64,000 nucleotides of DNA from SAR202 cluster bacterium. Lineage in GTDB: Bacteria; Chloroflexota; Dehalococcoidia; Lucifugimonadales; UBA6927. This document shows positions 37,729 through 47,318 of the stretch, in pieces. The notes beneath the pieces were generated by a model. It was not told the origin of the DNA and did no database searches. It was given only the letters and a program-made list of their open reading frames with translations. Position numbers and translations under genes: made by a program. The stretch lies in the NCBI GenBank assembly GCA_022447855.1, contig JAKUTX010000008.1:3987-67986 (forward strand). Direction: 5' to 3'. The first letter of the stretch is position 1, and each line of letters starts with the position of its first letter.

Positions 37729-38595
37729 TTATTGTCTTCGTCTCTGTGCCCGTGAAGAATCTTCAACCGGTATATCGAAATTAAAAATTCCTCTCCACCC
37801 TCGATCAAAATTCCACCTTCCTTTAATCAATATCAAAGGAATTGTGATACATAAAATTGCCAGCGAAATAAAATGTGCTTCCTGCAATCCAAAAATCCAG
37901 ACCTTATCAACCCTCAATAATTGAATCAAGAATCTTCCGATTGCATACCAAGAAAGTGTTAAGGCAAATATCATGCCAGACGGAGAAATTTTCCCCAATA
38001 ATCTCCAAACAAAAAACAACCCTATCATAACCCAGAAAATTTCCAATACAATTACCGGATGAACCCAAGCATTAACCCCTCCAGAAGCCTTGCAAAATGC
38101 TGCATTGGACATGAGAGCAGTCCAAGAGAATGAATACCATGCTTCAGAATTTGTTGCACAATGTTCTCCGTTAACAATATCTCCTATCCGTCCAATAGCT
38201 ACAGTATATAGAACCGCTGGTGCAGCCAAATCAGCTAGCTTCCCAATCGGTAATTTGGCCCATTTTGCATACACTGCCCCTCCAATAAATCCTCCCAATA
38301 ACCCTCCCCATAGTCCAATACCACCTTTCCAAATGGCAAAAATTGACAATGGATTATCTGAATAATAGCCCAAATTATCTACCACATGAACTAATCTAGC
38401 ACCTATAATTCCACCAATAATTGCAAATGAAGCAACTGTGTAAACATCATCAGAATCAAGTTCAAAAAGTGGCGCCCATCTTCCAACTAAAAACACAGCC
38501 ATTAAAATCGCAACAGCAGCGAAAAATCCATGCCAACTCAAAACAAAATCTCCTCCCAACAACAACAAATTGGGAGGAATGCCAATTTCAATCAT
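37729..38595 (-). CDS. lgt: prolipoprotein diacylglyceryl transferase
   Basis: 288 aa, polytopic membrane protein. WHGFF, ARLVHV, GGLLGG and GRIGDIVNGEH motifs. Confidence 0.85.
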   Translation of the reverse strand: MIEIGIPPNLLLLGGDFVLSWHGFFAAVAILMAVFLVGRWAPLFELDSDDVYTVASFAIIGGIIGARLVHVVDNLGYYSDNPLSIFAIWKGGIGLWGGLLGGFIGGAVYAKWAKLPIGKLADLAAPAVLYTVAIGRIGDIVNGEHCATNSEAWYSFSWTALMSNAAFCKASGGVNAWVHPVIVLEIFWVMIGLFFVWRLLGKISPSGMIFALTLSWYAIGRFLIQLLRVDKVWIFGLQEAHFISLAILCITIPLILIKGRWNFDRGWRGIFNFDIPVEDSSRAQRRRQ

Positions 38596-38708
38596 ATAGC
38601 CACCTAAAAGAAGTATTTTCTATAACAAGCTTAATGTAGCCTAATATCACGAAAGGAAAGTGTCAAGAAATCAATCAAGTGTATTTTGACTATCTGATGT
38701 AATAACTA

Positions 38709-39662
38709 ATGGCAACAAATCAGTTAAAACTCACAAACACCTCTACCAATTTAAATCACCATATGAAAATGTTTTTAAATTTCATGCACGTGGAAAGAGG
38801 TGCGTCTTCAAACACCATCGCTGCTTATCAAAACGATTTATCCCAATTTTCTAACTTCTTAAAATTACAACACCAACCTGATTTTATTCATTGGGAAAAA
38901 GTACATGCTAAACACATATCTGAGTTTATGATCTTCCTACAGGATAGAGGATATTCAGAAACATCCAGATCAAGAAAATTGGCATCAATTAAATCATTCT
39001 TTTCTTTTTTACTAAATGAGGGAATAATCCCAGAAGATACATCAATTGACCTTAGTTCACCTAGGTACTCACCTACTTTACCTCATCACATTTCTGTAAG
39101 CTCAATGAACAAACTTTTAGAACTCCCAAAACTAGCGAAGCCATCTGACAAAATGCACCTAATCCTTCGAAATCACTCAATGCTGGAATTAATGTATGCA
39201 ACAGGAATTAGAGTTAGTGAAATGACTAATCTTAATCTTAAAGATCTTAATATTTCAGAATCGTATCTTCGAGTAATTGGTAAGGGAAACAAAGAACGCA
39301 TCTTGCCAGTATATTCCGAAGCTCTTTCATCCGTTGAATCATGGATTCAAGCGGGTAGAGTCAAAATCTTGGGCCATAAATTTTCCAACGCATTATTCCT
39401 TAATTCAAGAGGTAATAGATTAACTAGGCAAGGATTCTGGACGATTCTCAAACACGAGTCAGAACGGGCAGGAATTTCAGAATCTGTTACACCTCATACT
39501 ATTAGACATAGCTTTGCTACCCATTTACTCCAAGGAGGCGCATCATTGCTGCATGTTCAATCACTGTTGGGACATTCAAGTATTTCAACAACTCAAATTT
39601 ATACACATTTGACTGACGAACATGTAAGATTAGAGTATCATAAGGCTCATCCGAGAGCGTAA
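38709..39662 (+). CDS. XerC/XerD-family tyrosine recombinase
   Basis: 317 aa. SAM-like N-domain. Catalytic ATGIRVSE, HTIRHSFATHLL and LGHSSISTTQIYTH. Flanked by housekeeping genes. Confidence 0.85.
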   Translation: MATNQLKLTNTSTNLNHHMKMFLNFMHVERGASSNTIAAYQNDLSQFSNFLKLQHQPDFIHWEKVHAKHISEFMIFLQDRGYSETSRSRKLASIKSFFSFLLNEGIIPEDTSIDLSSPRYSPTLPHHISVSSMNKLLELPKLAKPSDKMHLILRNHSMLELMYATGIRVSEMTNLNLKDLNISESYLRVIGKGNKERILPVYSEALSSVESWIQAGRVKILGHKFSNALFLNSRGNRLTRQGFWTILKHESERAGISESVTPHTIRHSFATHLLQGGASLLHVQSLLGHSSISTTQIYTHLTDEHVRLEYHKAHPRA

Positions 39663-39693
39663 AACACATCAAAACAGAAAGTGAAGTGCCAAT

Positions 39694-40047
39694 ATGCCAA
39701 GCAAAGGTCATAAGATAGCTGCTAAACAATCAAAGCTTAATAGCAGACGCCGAAGAGCAAAGTCTCAACGCCAAGGCAGTTCTCCTGACGAAACTTTCGC
39801 CGTTACAAATCCAAATATCAACAATGATCAAACAAAAGAAGTTCAGCAAATTGAAACCAACGAACCCACTCTACAAAATGAAGAGTCTATACAAGCATTA
39901 CCTGCAAAAAGTTCGCCCGTAAATAAAAAATCATCAAGTGTAAACGTTTTAAGTTCGAATTTCCTTGCCGGTGAATTGAGACAAATAGGATTTTTGTCAG
40001 TTTTAATGGCTATAATTTTAGCAGCACTGACATTTGTTTTGAATTAA
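39694..40047 (+). CDS. hypothetical tail-anchored membrane protein
   Basis: 117 aa. Basic N-terminus (KLNSRRRRAKSQRQ), low-complexity middle and a single C-terminal TM helix (IGFLSVLMAIILAALTFVL). Confidence 0.4.
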   Translation: MPSKGHKIAAKQSKLNSRRRRAKSQRQGSSPDETFAVTNPNINNDQTKEVQQIETNEPTLQNEESIQALPAKSSPVNKKSSSVNVLSSNFLAGELRQIGFLSVLMAIILAALTFVLN

Positions 40048-40054
40048 AAACAAG

Positions 40055-41947
40055 TTGGCTACAATGCCCAAACAAGATCCACAAAAGGTAGCTTCGCACA
40101 AAATTAACCTTAAACAAAGCTTTCAAAGTAGTTTAAACAAATTGCCGAAGTCCTCGGGTGTATACTTGATGAAAGACGAATCAAACCAGGTAATATATGT
40201 TGGAAAAGCATCAAACCTGCGGAATCGAGTAAGCTCCTACTTCCAATCATATTCAAGACATGATTTTAAAATACGGACTTTGGTTTCCAAGATTTCACGT
40301 TTCGAGACTATTGTTACAGAATCAGAGCAAGAAGCTTTAATTCTAGAATCCAATTTGATCAAAGAACATCAACCAAAATATAACGCACGCCTAAAAGATG
40401 ACAAAAGCTACCCTTTCATAAAAATAGATGTTTCAGAGCAATTTCCACAAGTTTACATTACTAGACGAGTTAACAAAAAAGATGGGGCAAGATATTTTGG
40501 ACCTTATGCCAATGCTGGAAGTGTAAGAAAAACACTTAAATTACTTAAAAAACTCTTTCCTTATAGAAGTTGCACAAAAACAATAACTGGATCTGATGAC
40601 AGAGCTTGTTTAGACTTTCATATCGGAAGGTGTGTAGGACCGTGCATTGGAGCGGCTGATAAATATGATTATAAAAATGTCATAGACCAAGTAATTTTGT
40701 TTTTAGAGGGCAAAACTAATAAAGTCGTTAAAAATATTCAACAGAAAATGCTACAAGCTTCTAATTCACTTGAATATGAGAGTGCCGCTGTATATCGTGA
40801 CCAACTTAAAAGCATAGAAAATCTCCAGGAAAGCCAAAAAGTAGTTACATTAAATTCTGACAATTATGATGCGATCGCAATTGCACAAAATCAAAATGAA
40901 TCTTGGGTAGAAGTTTTTTTTGTTAGAGAAGGCAAATTGATTGGACGAGACAATTTTTCGATGACTAGCAATTTGAAAACTCAACCAAGTGAATTGACCG
41001 CGGCATTCATCAAACAATTTTATCTGAATTCAACAGCAATCCCAAAGCTTATCCTAATAAAACAACCAATTGATGATGAAAAGACTATTGCAGATTGGCT
41101 TAGTATTAAAAGTTCTCAAAATGTTCAATTTCACATACCAATAAGAGGTAAAAAAAGACAACTGCTTAAAATGGTTTCAGATAATGCAAACAATGGATTG
41201 AATCAACTGTTAATAAGAAGATCTACGGCTCAAAAAAATGTAAATTCTGCATTAAGCGAAATCCAAGAATCACTCCATCTTCCAAACATTCCGAAAAGAA
41301 TCGAATGTTACGATATTTCAAATATTAGTGGGACTAACCCTGTTGGTAGTATGGTAGTTTTTGAAAACGGTTCCCCAGCACCAAACAAGTACCGTCGTTT
41401 CAAAATAAAAAACATTCCTGGTATCGACGACTACTCAATGATGCAAGAGATGCTTGAAAGAAGATTTAAAAGGCTAAATGAATCTACATCTGACAACATT
41501 AGCTCAGATCAAAACTGGAAAACCATGCCTGACTTAATAGTAATTGACGGAGGCAAAGGTCATCTAACATCTGCGCTAGAAGTATTACTACATTCTGGTC
41601 TAAACGAACTATCAATAACAAGTTTAGCAAAAGAAAATGAAGAACTTTTTGTGCCTGAATCTCCTGAACCAATTATCTTACCAAGGGATTCCCAAGGTCT
41701 TTTCCTTTTGCAAAGATTACGAGATGAAGCTCACCGTTTTGCAATTACGTTCCATCGACAACTTAGATCTCAAAAAAGTCTAAAATCAAAAATTGACGAT
41801 GTTCCAGGAATCGGGCCCAAGAAAAGAAAGCTATTGATCAATCATTTTGGTAGCATGAAAAACATACAGAAATCATCAATTGAAGAAATCTCATCCTTAC
41901 CCGGAATAAATAAAAGTTTGGCGAAGACTCTACTGGAATTTTTGTAA
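40055..41947 (+). CDS. uvrC: excinuclease ABC subunit C
   Basis: 630 aa. GIY-YIG (GVYLMKD...VIYVGKASNLRNRV), UVR domain, endonuclease domain and C-terminal (HhH)2. The start is either TTG 40055 or ATG 40064. Confidence 0.95.
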   Translation: MATMPKQDPQKVASHKINLKQSFQSSLNKLPKSSGVYLMKDESNQVIYVGKASNLRNRVSSYFQSYSRHDFKIRTLVSKISRFETIVTESEQEALILESNLIKEHQPKYNARLKDDKSYPFIKIDVSEQFPQVYITRRVNKKDGARYFGPYANAGSVRKTLKLLKKLFPYRSCTKTITGSDDRACLDFHIGRCVGPCIGAADKYDYKNVIDQVILFLEGKTNKVVKNIQQKMLQASNSLEYESAAVYRDQLKSIENLQESQKVVTLNSDNYDAIAIAQNQNESWVEVFFVREGKLIGRDNFSMTSNLKTQPSELTAAFIKQFYLNSTAIPKLILIKQPIDDEKTIADWLSIKSSQNVQFHIPIRGKKRQLLKMVSDNANNGLNQLLIRRSTAQKNVNSALSEIQESLHLPNIPKRIECYDISNISGTNPVGSMVVFENGSPAPNKYRRFKIKNIPGIDDYSMMQEMLERRFKRLNESTSDNISSDQNWKTMPDLIVIDGGKGHLTSALEVLLHSGLNELSITSLAKENEELFVPESPEPIILPRDSQGLFLLQRLRDEAHRFAITFHRQLRSQKSLKSKIDDVPGIGPKKRKLLINHFGSMKNIQKSSIEEISSLPGINKSLAKTLLEFL

Positions 41948-41963
41948 GTAATTCAACTTAAAC

Positions 41964-42815
41964 TTACTTTTGTAAATTGTCCTGAATTTTATTAGTAAAA
42001 GGTTTAAGTAAATTGGTTAATTCCAACGGGAGTACATATTTTGTTGACTCACCTGCTCCTATTTCTCTAAGTGTTTCAAAATACTGCAAACTCATAGTGT
42101 TAGACTCAAGATTTTTTGCTACCTGAGAAATTTTATCTAACGCAGAACTGTGACCCTCAGCCCTTAAAACCTCAGCCTGCTTTTGACCTTCTGCAGTAAG
42201 AATATCAGCCTGCTTCTCACCTTCTGCTCTTAGAACTGCAGATTGCTTTTCTCCCTCTGCAACCGTAATGGCAGCCTGTCTAGTCCCTTCAGCTTCGGTA
42301 ACTGCCGCTCTCCTAAAGCGCTCTGCAGACATCTGCCTATTCATTGCTTCTTGAATATCCGCAGCAGGCTCCACTTCTCTAATTTCTACTTGAGTAACCT
42401 TAATCCCCCAACGGGTAGTAACATCATCCAACTTTTGCCGAAGCTCTTCATTAATTCTATCTCTTTGAGACAAAACATCATCAAGAGGAATCTCTCCTAT
42501 CACTGCCCTAAGAGTAGTTGTCGCAATACCAATCACAGCACTGTGATAATCCACAACTTCAAGTACAGCGGATGAAGCACTATCTTCAGTGACTCTCATG
42601 TATACCAAGAAATCTATATCAATTGGAGCATTATCTAAAGTGATATTTGTCTGACGAGGAATGTCTAAAACCTCTTCCCTTAAATCAACTCTTTCCTGTC
42701 TTTGAATAGGCCAAAATAATAAGTGAAATCCAGGTTTTCTCATTCCAGAAAATTTTCCTAATGTGAAAACCGCCATACGTTCATATTGTGAAACTACATT
42801 TATAAAATTTCCCAT
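41964..42815 (-). CDS. SPFH/band-7 (stomatin/slipin-like) protein
   Basis: 283 aa. SPFH core (ERVDLREEVLDIPRQ...TLDNAPIDIDFLVYMRV). C-terminal Ala/Glu repeats AEGEKQSAVLRAEGEKQADILTAEGQKQAEVLRAEG. Confidence 0.85.
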   Translation of the reverse strand: MGNFINVVSQYERMAVFTLGKFSGMRKPGFHLLFWPIQRQERVDLREEVLDIPRQTNITLDNAPIDIDFLVYMRVTEDSASSAVLEVVDYHSAVIGIATTTLRAVIGEIPLDDVLSQRDRINEELRQKLDDVTTRWGIKVTQVEIREVEPAADIQEAMNRQMSAERFRRAAVTEAEGTRQAAITVAEGEKQSAVLRAEGEKQADILTAEGQKQAEVLRAEGHSSALDKISQVAKNLESNTMSLQYFETLREIGAGESTKYVLPLELTNLLKPFTNKIQDNLQK

Positions 42816-42823
42816 GACAACTC

Positions 42824-43192
42824 CTAATAATTCACTATATCATCTACAATTAATTGGAATTCCTCAACTCGCCTAGTACAAATAGGAACACCCATCTCTT
42901 TAGCTATAGATCCTAACAACAAAATGTCATGATCTAAATCAGTATGTAGATTTAATTGAATTGCAGCATTTTTAGCTGCGGCTGCAGAAAGCATTACTAA
43001 TTCAGTCAAATTTATGATGCTTTGATATACAATTTCTGTACGTCTAGTGATTGTTTCTTTATTCCAAAGATCAAAAATTGTATGAGTAGAAACATACGCT
43101 GAAATTTCATCAGATAATAAACGATCAACAATTGACAATGCACCACTATCTCCTTGACCAAAATCTTCAAACAATGTTTTATCAAGGAGCAT
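42824..43192 (-). CDS. PIN-like (VapC-like) domain protein, atypical
   Basis: 122 aa from the ATG at 43192 (AGGAG 7 nt upstream). MLLDKT...(first Asp) and DHDILLLGSIAKEMGVPICTRRVEEF resemble the PIN ends, but the last acidic position is Arg. Confidence 0.45.
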   Translation of the reverse strand: MLLDKTLFEDFGQGDSGALSIVDRLLSDEISAYVSTHTIFDLWNKETITRRTEIVYQSIINLTELVMLSAAAAKNAAIQLNLHTDLDHDILLLGSIAKEMGVPICTRRVEEFQLIVDDIVNY

Positions 43193-43194
43193 AA

Positions 43195-43575
43195 TTATTC
43201 TCCTGCACCCAACCAATCATTGTCTCTCTTTCCAAAAGATTGCTTCAATATTCTTGTTGATTCTTCTGGAGTCAACTCAACAGGGGCACCAATTGGTTGA
43301 GAAGATTGCATTTTTAAATATGGATCATCCCAAAGAGATCTCTTTCTATTACTCTCTTCTTCCTCTACCAGAGTAGAATCTGAAGTAACATCAACTTCCA
43401 AGTTTAGTGTTTTCTCAAGAGCATGTTCAATAAATTCACGCATTGGCATTCGAAGTTCCAAAGCCCTAGATTTTGCAGCTATATACAATTCCTCTCGTAT
43501 AGATGCATAAACTTGCCTAGTTTCATATTCCACTTTTCTTTTAGCCATATCATCACCAAAAACTTCTAATGTCAT
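43195..43575 (-). CDS. ribbon-helix-helix (CopG/Arc-like) putative antitoxin/regulator
   Basis: The segment YASIREELYIAAKSRALELRMPMREFIEHALEKTL fits a strand-helix-helix layout. Alternative start at 43548 (MAKRKVEYE). The stop lies 2 nt before the PIN-like start. Confidence 0.5.
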   Translation of the reverse strand: MTLEVFGDDMAKRKVEYETRQVYASIREELYIAAKSRALELRMPMREFIEHALEKTLNLEVDVTSDSTLVEEEESNRKRSLWDDPYLKMQSSQPIGAPVELTPEESTRILKQSFGKRDNDWLGAGE

Positions 43576-43607
43576 CAGTTTACTCTATCTGCTATTATAT
43601 TCACATT

Positions 43608-44756
43608 ATGAAAATAGTCATAGCTCCAGATTCATATAAAGGCAGTATTTCCGCGCTTAATGTTGCTCGATCTGTAGAAAGTGGAATCAAAAAAGTTCTA
43701 CCTAATGCGGAATGTTCAATTGTACCAGCTGCTGATGGAGGAGATGGAACCCTCGAAACTTTAGTAGAAGGATCTAATGGTAAAATTCGTTCATCAGAAG
43801 TTACAGGTCCATTAGGAGAAAAACGAAATGCGAACTGGGGAGCTCTGGGTGATGGCAAAACCGCAGTAATTGAAATGGCTCTTACTTCAGGCCTGGCTCT
43901 CGTCCCTGAAAACCAATTAGATCCTCTTAATGCAACAACTTTTGGGTTAGGTGAAATTATTTCTGATGCTCTCGAAAATAATTTCAGAAAATTCATCATT
44001 GGGATAGGAGGTAGTGCCACCAATGATGGCGGTGCAGGAATGATCCAAGCACTGGGAGGAAAATTACTCGATTCAAATGGTCAAGAATTAACTCACGGTG
44101 GAGCATCTTTAATACATCTTGATCAAATAGATATTTCCACCCTCGATTCAAGAGCAAAAGATTCTGATTTTCTAATTGCATGTGATGTGAACAATCCTCT
44201 GTGCGGGCCAGAGGGCGCTTCAGCAATTTACGGACCACAAAAAGGATCCACTCCTGAAATGGTAAAACAACTTGATAAAGCTCTTTTTCATTATGCAAAA
44301 ATCATACGTCGCGATCTAGGAATTGACATTAACTCAATACCAGGATCTGGAGCTGCAGGCGGATTGGGGGGTGGATTTGTAGGGTTCCTAAATGGAAAAT
44401 TGCTTCCTGGAGTAGACATAGTGCTTGATTTCATTAATTTAGATGACCAACTAAAGGATGCTGATTTGGTAATTACTGGTGAAGGAGCAACAGATCAATC
44501 TACAATTTTCAATAAAGCCCCTATCGGTATTGCCAATCGAGCTAAAAAATTTGATATTCCTGTAATTTCCATCTCAGGATCGCTAAACGAAGGTTTTAAA
44601 GAAGTTCACAATCATGGTATTAATGCCTCATTTTCTATAATTAATGCTCCAATGACTTTAAATGAAGCAACTGAAAATGCATCGGATTTAATCGCATCAA
44701 TTAGTGAGGAAATCATTAGAACATTAAAATTAGGAAAACAAATTTTTACAGAATAA
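43608..44756 (+). CDS. glxK: glycerate kinase
   Basis: MKIVIAPDSYKGS start, ADGGDGT and ITGEGATDQST motifs. ATG at 43608 preferred over the track start at 43569, which overlaps the RHH gene. Confidence 0.9.
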   Translation: MKIVIAPDSYKGSISALNVARSVESGIKKVLPNAECSIVPAADGGDGTLETLVEGSNGKIRSSEVTGPLGEKRNANWGALGDGKTAVIEMALTSGLALVPENQLDPLNATTFGLGEIISDALENNFRKFIIGIGGSATNDGGAGMIQALGGKLLDSNGQELTHGGASLIHLDQIDISTLDSRAKDSDFLIACDVNNPLCGPEGASAIYGPQKGSTPEMVKQLDKALFHYAKIIRRDLGIDINSIPGSGAAGGLGGGFVGFLNGKLLPGVDIVLDFINLDDQLKDADLVITGEGATDQSTIFNKAPIGIANRAKKFDIPVISISGSLNEGFKEVHNHGINASFSIINAPMTLNEATENASDLIASISEEIIRTLKLGKQIFTE

Positions 44757-44788
44757 AAACAGAGTTGGCGCATGCACCAACTCTGTTT
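44756..44788. terminator. bidirectional stem-loop between convergent glxK and glnK
   Basis: AAAACAGAGTTGG-cgcatgca-CCAACTCTGTTT, a perfect arm of 12 bp or more with A/T runs on both sides. Confidence 0.6.
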
Positions 44789-44807
44789 AATAAAGAAGGC
44801 TAATTTT

Positions 44808-45152
44808 TTACAGAGCCGCTTCTCCGGACTCCCCAGTTCTGACACGAATGGTATCTGATACAGAACTCACAAAAATCTTCCCGTCTCCAATTTCTCCAGT
44901 CTGTGTTGCAGAAACTATTGCATCAATAACAGCATCTTTTTTGTCGTCAGATACTACTGTCACCAACAAAGTTTTAGCCACAGTAGAACGAGTAGTTGCT
45001 TGACCACCTCTTCCAACTATTACCTCAACCCCTTTTTGCTGTCCTTGACCGGTAACATTTTGATAATTAAATCCAGTCACACCCACATCTAACAGAGCGT
45101 TTGTGACAGCACTAACTCTTTCCGGTCTGAATATTGCCTCTATTTTAAGCAT
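44808..45152 (-). CDS. glnK: P-II nitrogen regulatory protein
   Basis: 114 aa. MLKIEAIFRP, TGEIGDGKIFV and IRVRTGE. Directly downstream of amt. Confidence 0.9.
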   Translation of the reverse strand: MLKIEAIFRPERVSAVTNALLDVGVTGFNYQNVTGQGQQKGVEVIVGRGGQATTRSTVAKTLLVTVVSDDKKDAVIDAIVSATQTGEIGDGKIFVSSVSDTIRVRTGESGEAAL

Positions 45153-45188
45153 TTCTTCACCTCTCTATTAAGTTGATTGTATAAAATC

Positions 45189-46430
45189 CTAATCGGCTCC
45201 ATCACCAACTGATGCCTGCTCTCCATGAGACGCCAAGTCCAATCCCATATCTTCTTCAGCCTCAGAAACTCTCAATCCCAAACCAGGAATCTTATCAAGA
45301 ATATACAAAATTATTATTGTGGCAACAGCGGAGTAAACCAAAGTACCTAATACGCTTACAGCCTGAATTCCAAGTTGCTCAAGATCACCATGTTCGACCA
45401 GACCTAGATAATCATCACCAGCAATAGCAGTTACAGTGAAAATTCCAGCAGCCAAAGCTCCCCATATTCCACCAATACCATGAACTGCAAACACATCTAG
45501 AGCATCATCTAAGCCAGTTCGATGAATCAATTCTACAGCGATAAAACATAATACTCCTGCACCAAATCCAATGGCTAATGAACCCATAACCCCTACAGCA
45601 CCAGCTGCTGGTGTTATAGCAACCAAACCTGCAACTGCTCCAGTCGCTACCCCTACTGCTCCCATTTTCCCAGTCCTAATCATTGAAATCAGGCCCCATG
45701 TGAGGGCGGCGGCGGCGGCGGCAACATTAGTAACTAAAAACGCATTTACTGCACTATTATCAGCTGTTCCAGCAGACCCAGCATTAAATCCAAACCATCC
45801 AAACCACAATATTGCAGCACCTAGAACCACATATGGTACATTGTTGGATTGCAAGCCAGGATTCCTTCTCTTACCTAATAACCACGCTGCTGCTAATGCA
45901 GCTATACCTGCATTAATATGGATTACAGTTCCTCCAGCAAAATCTAATGCCCCACGGCCATCACCTAGTTGGCTAATCCAACCACCACCCCAAACCCAAT
46001 GAGTAACTGGTGAATACACTACTGTACTCCAAATTACTAAGAATATAAGATATGTTGAAAACTTAAATCTTTCTACGAATGCGCCTGTAATTAGAGCAGG
46101 TGTAATAATTGCAAACATCATTTGAAAGGTCACATCCAACAATGTCCAATCTCCAGAACCATCAAATGGCACGTTTTGGAGACCAACCATTGAAAATCCA
46201 CCAATAAAGTCATTTGCACTTCCACCATCATCAAACGCAATACTAAATCCCCACAAAACCCACACAATACTTACAACTGCAATAGAAACAAAACAGTACA
46301 TTATTGTGTTAACTAAATTCTTTGCCCTTACTAATCCGCCATAAAAAAAGGCTAGACCAGGGGTCATAAAAAAAACTAAAGCTGACGCAGTCAGCATCCA
46401 GGCAATTTTTCCTTCCATTTTTCCCTCCAT
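45189..46430 (-). CDS. amtB: ammonium transporter
   Basis: 413 aa, polytopic. DFAGGTVIHINAG, GWFGFNAGS and DVFAVHGIGGIWG signatures. Confidence 0.95.
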   Translation of the reverse strand: MEGKMEGKIAWMLTASALVFFMTPGLAFFYGGLVRAKNLVNTIMYCFVSIAVVSIVWVLWGFSIAFDDGGSANDFIGGFSMVGLQNVPFDGSGDWTLLDVTFQMMFAIITPALITGAFVERFKFSTYLIFLVIWSTVVYSPVTHWVWGGGWISQLGDGRGALDFAGGTVIHINAGIAALAAAWLLGKRRNPGLQSNNVPYVVLGAAILWFGWFGFNAGSAGTADNSAVNAFLVTNVAAAAAALTWGLISMIRTGKMGAVGVATGAVAGLVAITPAAGAVGVMGSLAIGFGAGVLCFIAVELIHRTGLDDALDVFAVHGIGGIWGALAAGIFTVTAIAGDDYLGLVEHGDLEQLGIQAVSVLGTLVYSAVATIIILYILDKIPGLGLRVSEAEEDMGLDLASHGEQASVGDGAD

Positions 46431-46551
46431 ATATTAGACTAATCACTTAGTCAGGTATTGTTCAGACTATTCTGCCAGAATCTACAAGAGAAAATGTTAA
46501 TCAAATGTAAAATAGGTGTTTCAAATTTGTAAACAAATTCATTCTGAAACC

Positions 46552-47310
46552 TTATTCAGTTGGCAATCCCTGCTCAACAAGAATCAAATGAACATCTCCA
46601 GGACCGTGAACTCCCTGAATCATGATATTCTCAATATCTCCAGATCTACTCGGACCGGAAATTAAATTCATATATCCATTTTTTGAACCAGAGACTATTT
46701 GATATCTTCGAATTGCAAAAAGTTCATCCAAAGATCTTACTACTTGACCTAGGAAAACAATGGCGACATGGACAGGAGGAGCCAGGGATACTAACCTACT
46801 AACCCCTGTTTTTGGAATTACTACAACTGTTCCAGTTTCAGCCACAGCAAAATCACATCCAGTGATTCCAACATCTGCAATTTTTGCCACCGAACGAAAA
46901 TATTGTTCTTTTTCATTTGGGTCTAAATTAATTTGGTCGTCGCTTTTCATCTTACAAATATCTATTCCTCTGCCAGACAAAAGACCATCCAATTGCATTA
47001 AATTAACTGCTTGTTCATTTGTACAAACTATTGATTTACACTCAATTTGGTTCAATATATTATTTAAAACTTCCCTGGCTCGACTCACATCTGAAACTTT
47101 ATAAGTATTCCACCCTTGATTTTGAGCATTTCCTTCAAATTCATTTATCAAGTTCACAGCATTTTCAATAGAATCAGTCATTGCATCACGATATCCAGGT
47201 TCCGGATTAGTAAAAAACTGTTCTTTTTTTACATCAAAATCTGAATCTGAGACACGTCCAAGGGCATTTTTTACTCTATCTAAAAATTTCGTCTTTAATT
47301 TTTGATCCAT
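46552..47310 (-). CDS. lutC: lactate utilization protein C (LUD domain)
   Basis: 252 aa. LUD-domain pattern (DVGITGCDFAVAETGTVVV...SGPSRSGDIE). Last gene of a lutA-lutB-lutC order. Confidence 0.8.
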   Translation of the reverse strand: MDQKLKTKFLDRVKNALGRVSDSDFDVKKEQFFTNPEPGYRDAMTDSIENAVNLINEFEGNAQNQGWNTYKVSDVSRAREVLNNILNQIECKSIVCTNEQAVNLMQLDGLLSGRGIDICKMKSDDQINLDPNEKEQYFRSVAKIADVGITGCDFAVAETGTVVVIPKTGVSRLVSLAPPVHVAIVFLGQVVRSLDELFAIRRYQIVSGSKNGYMNLISGPSRSGDIENIMIQGVHGPGDVHLILVEQGLPTE

Positions 47311-47318
47311 AATTATCC

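Noticed and set aside
38709-39662. The tyrosine recombinase as a marker of a mobile element.
   Set aside because: It has the full XerC/XerD architecture and sits among lgt, recJ and uvrC with no repeats or cargo. It is most simply the chromosomal dimer-resolution recombinase.
45571-46002. 143-aa Ala/Pro-rich plus-strand ORF, and similar antisense ORFs (for example 43601..44023, 54188..54634, 34860..35177, 8246..8560).
   Set aside because: All lie antisense to confidently identified genes (amt, glxK, the binding protein, fabF and guaA). They have low-complexity translations typical of shadow frames.
46431-46551. Possible nitrogen-regulator sites (TnrA/GlnR- or NtcA-like; TGTAAA...TTTCA and GTAAACAAATTC) upstream of amt.
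   Set aside because: The matches to TGTNAN7TNACA or GTAN8TAC are incomplete, and in such AT-rich DNA they are expected by chance. They are not supported well enough to call.
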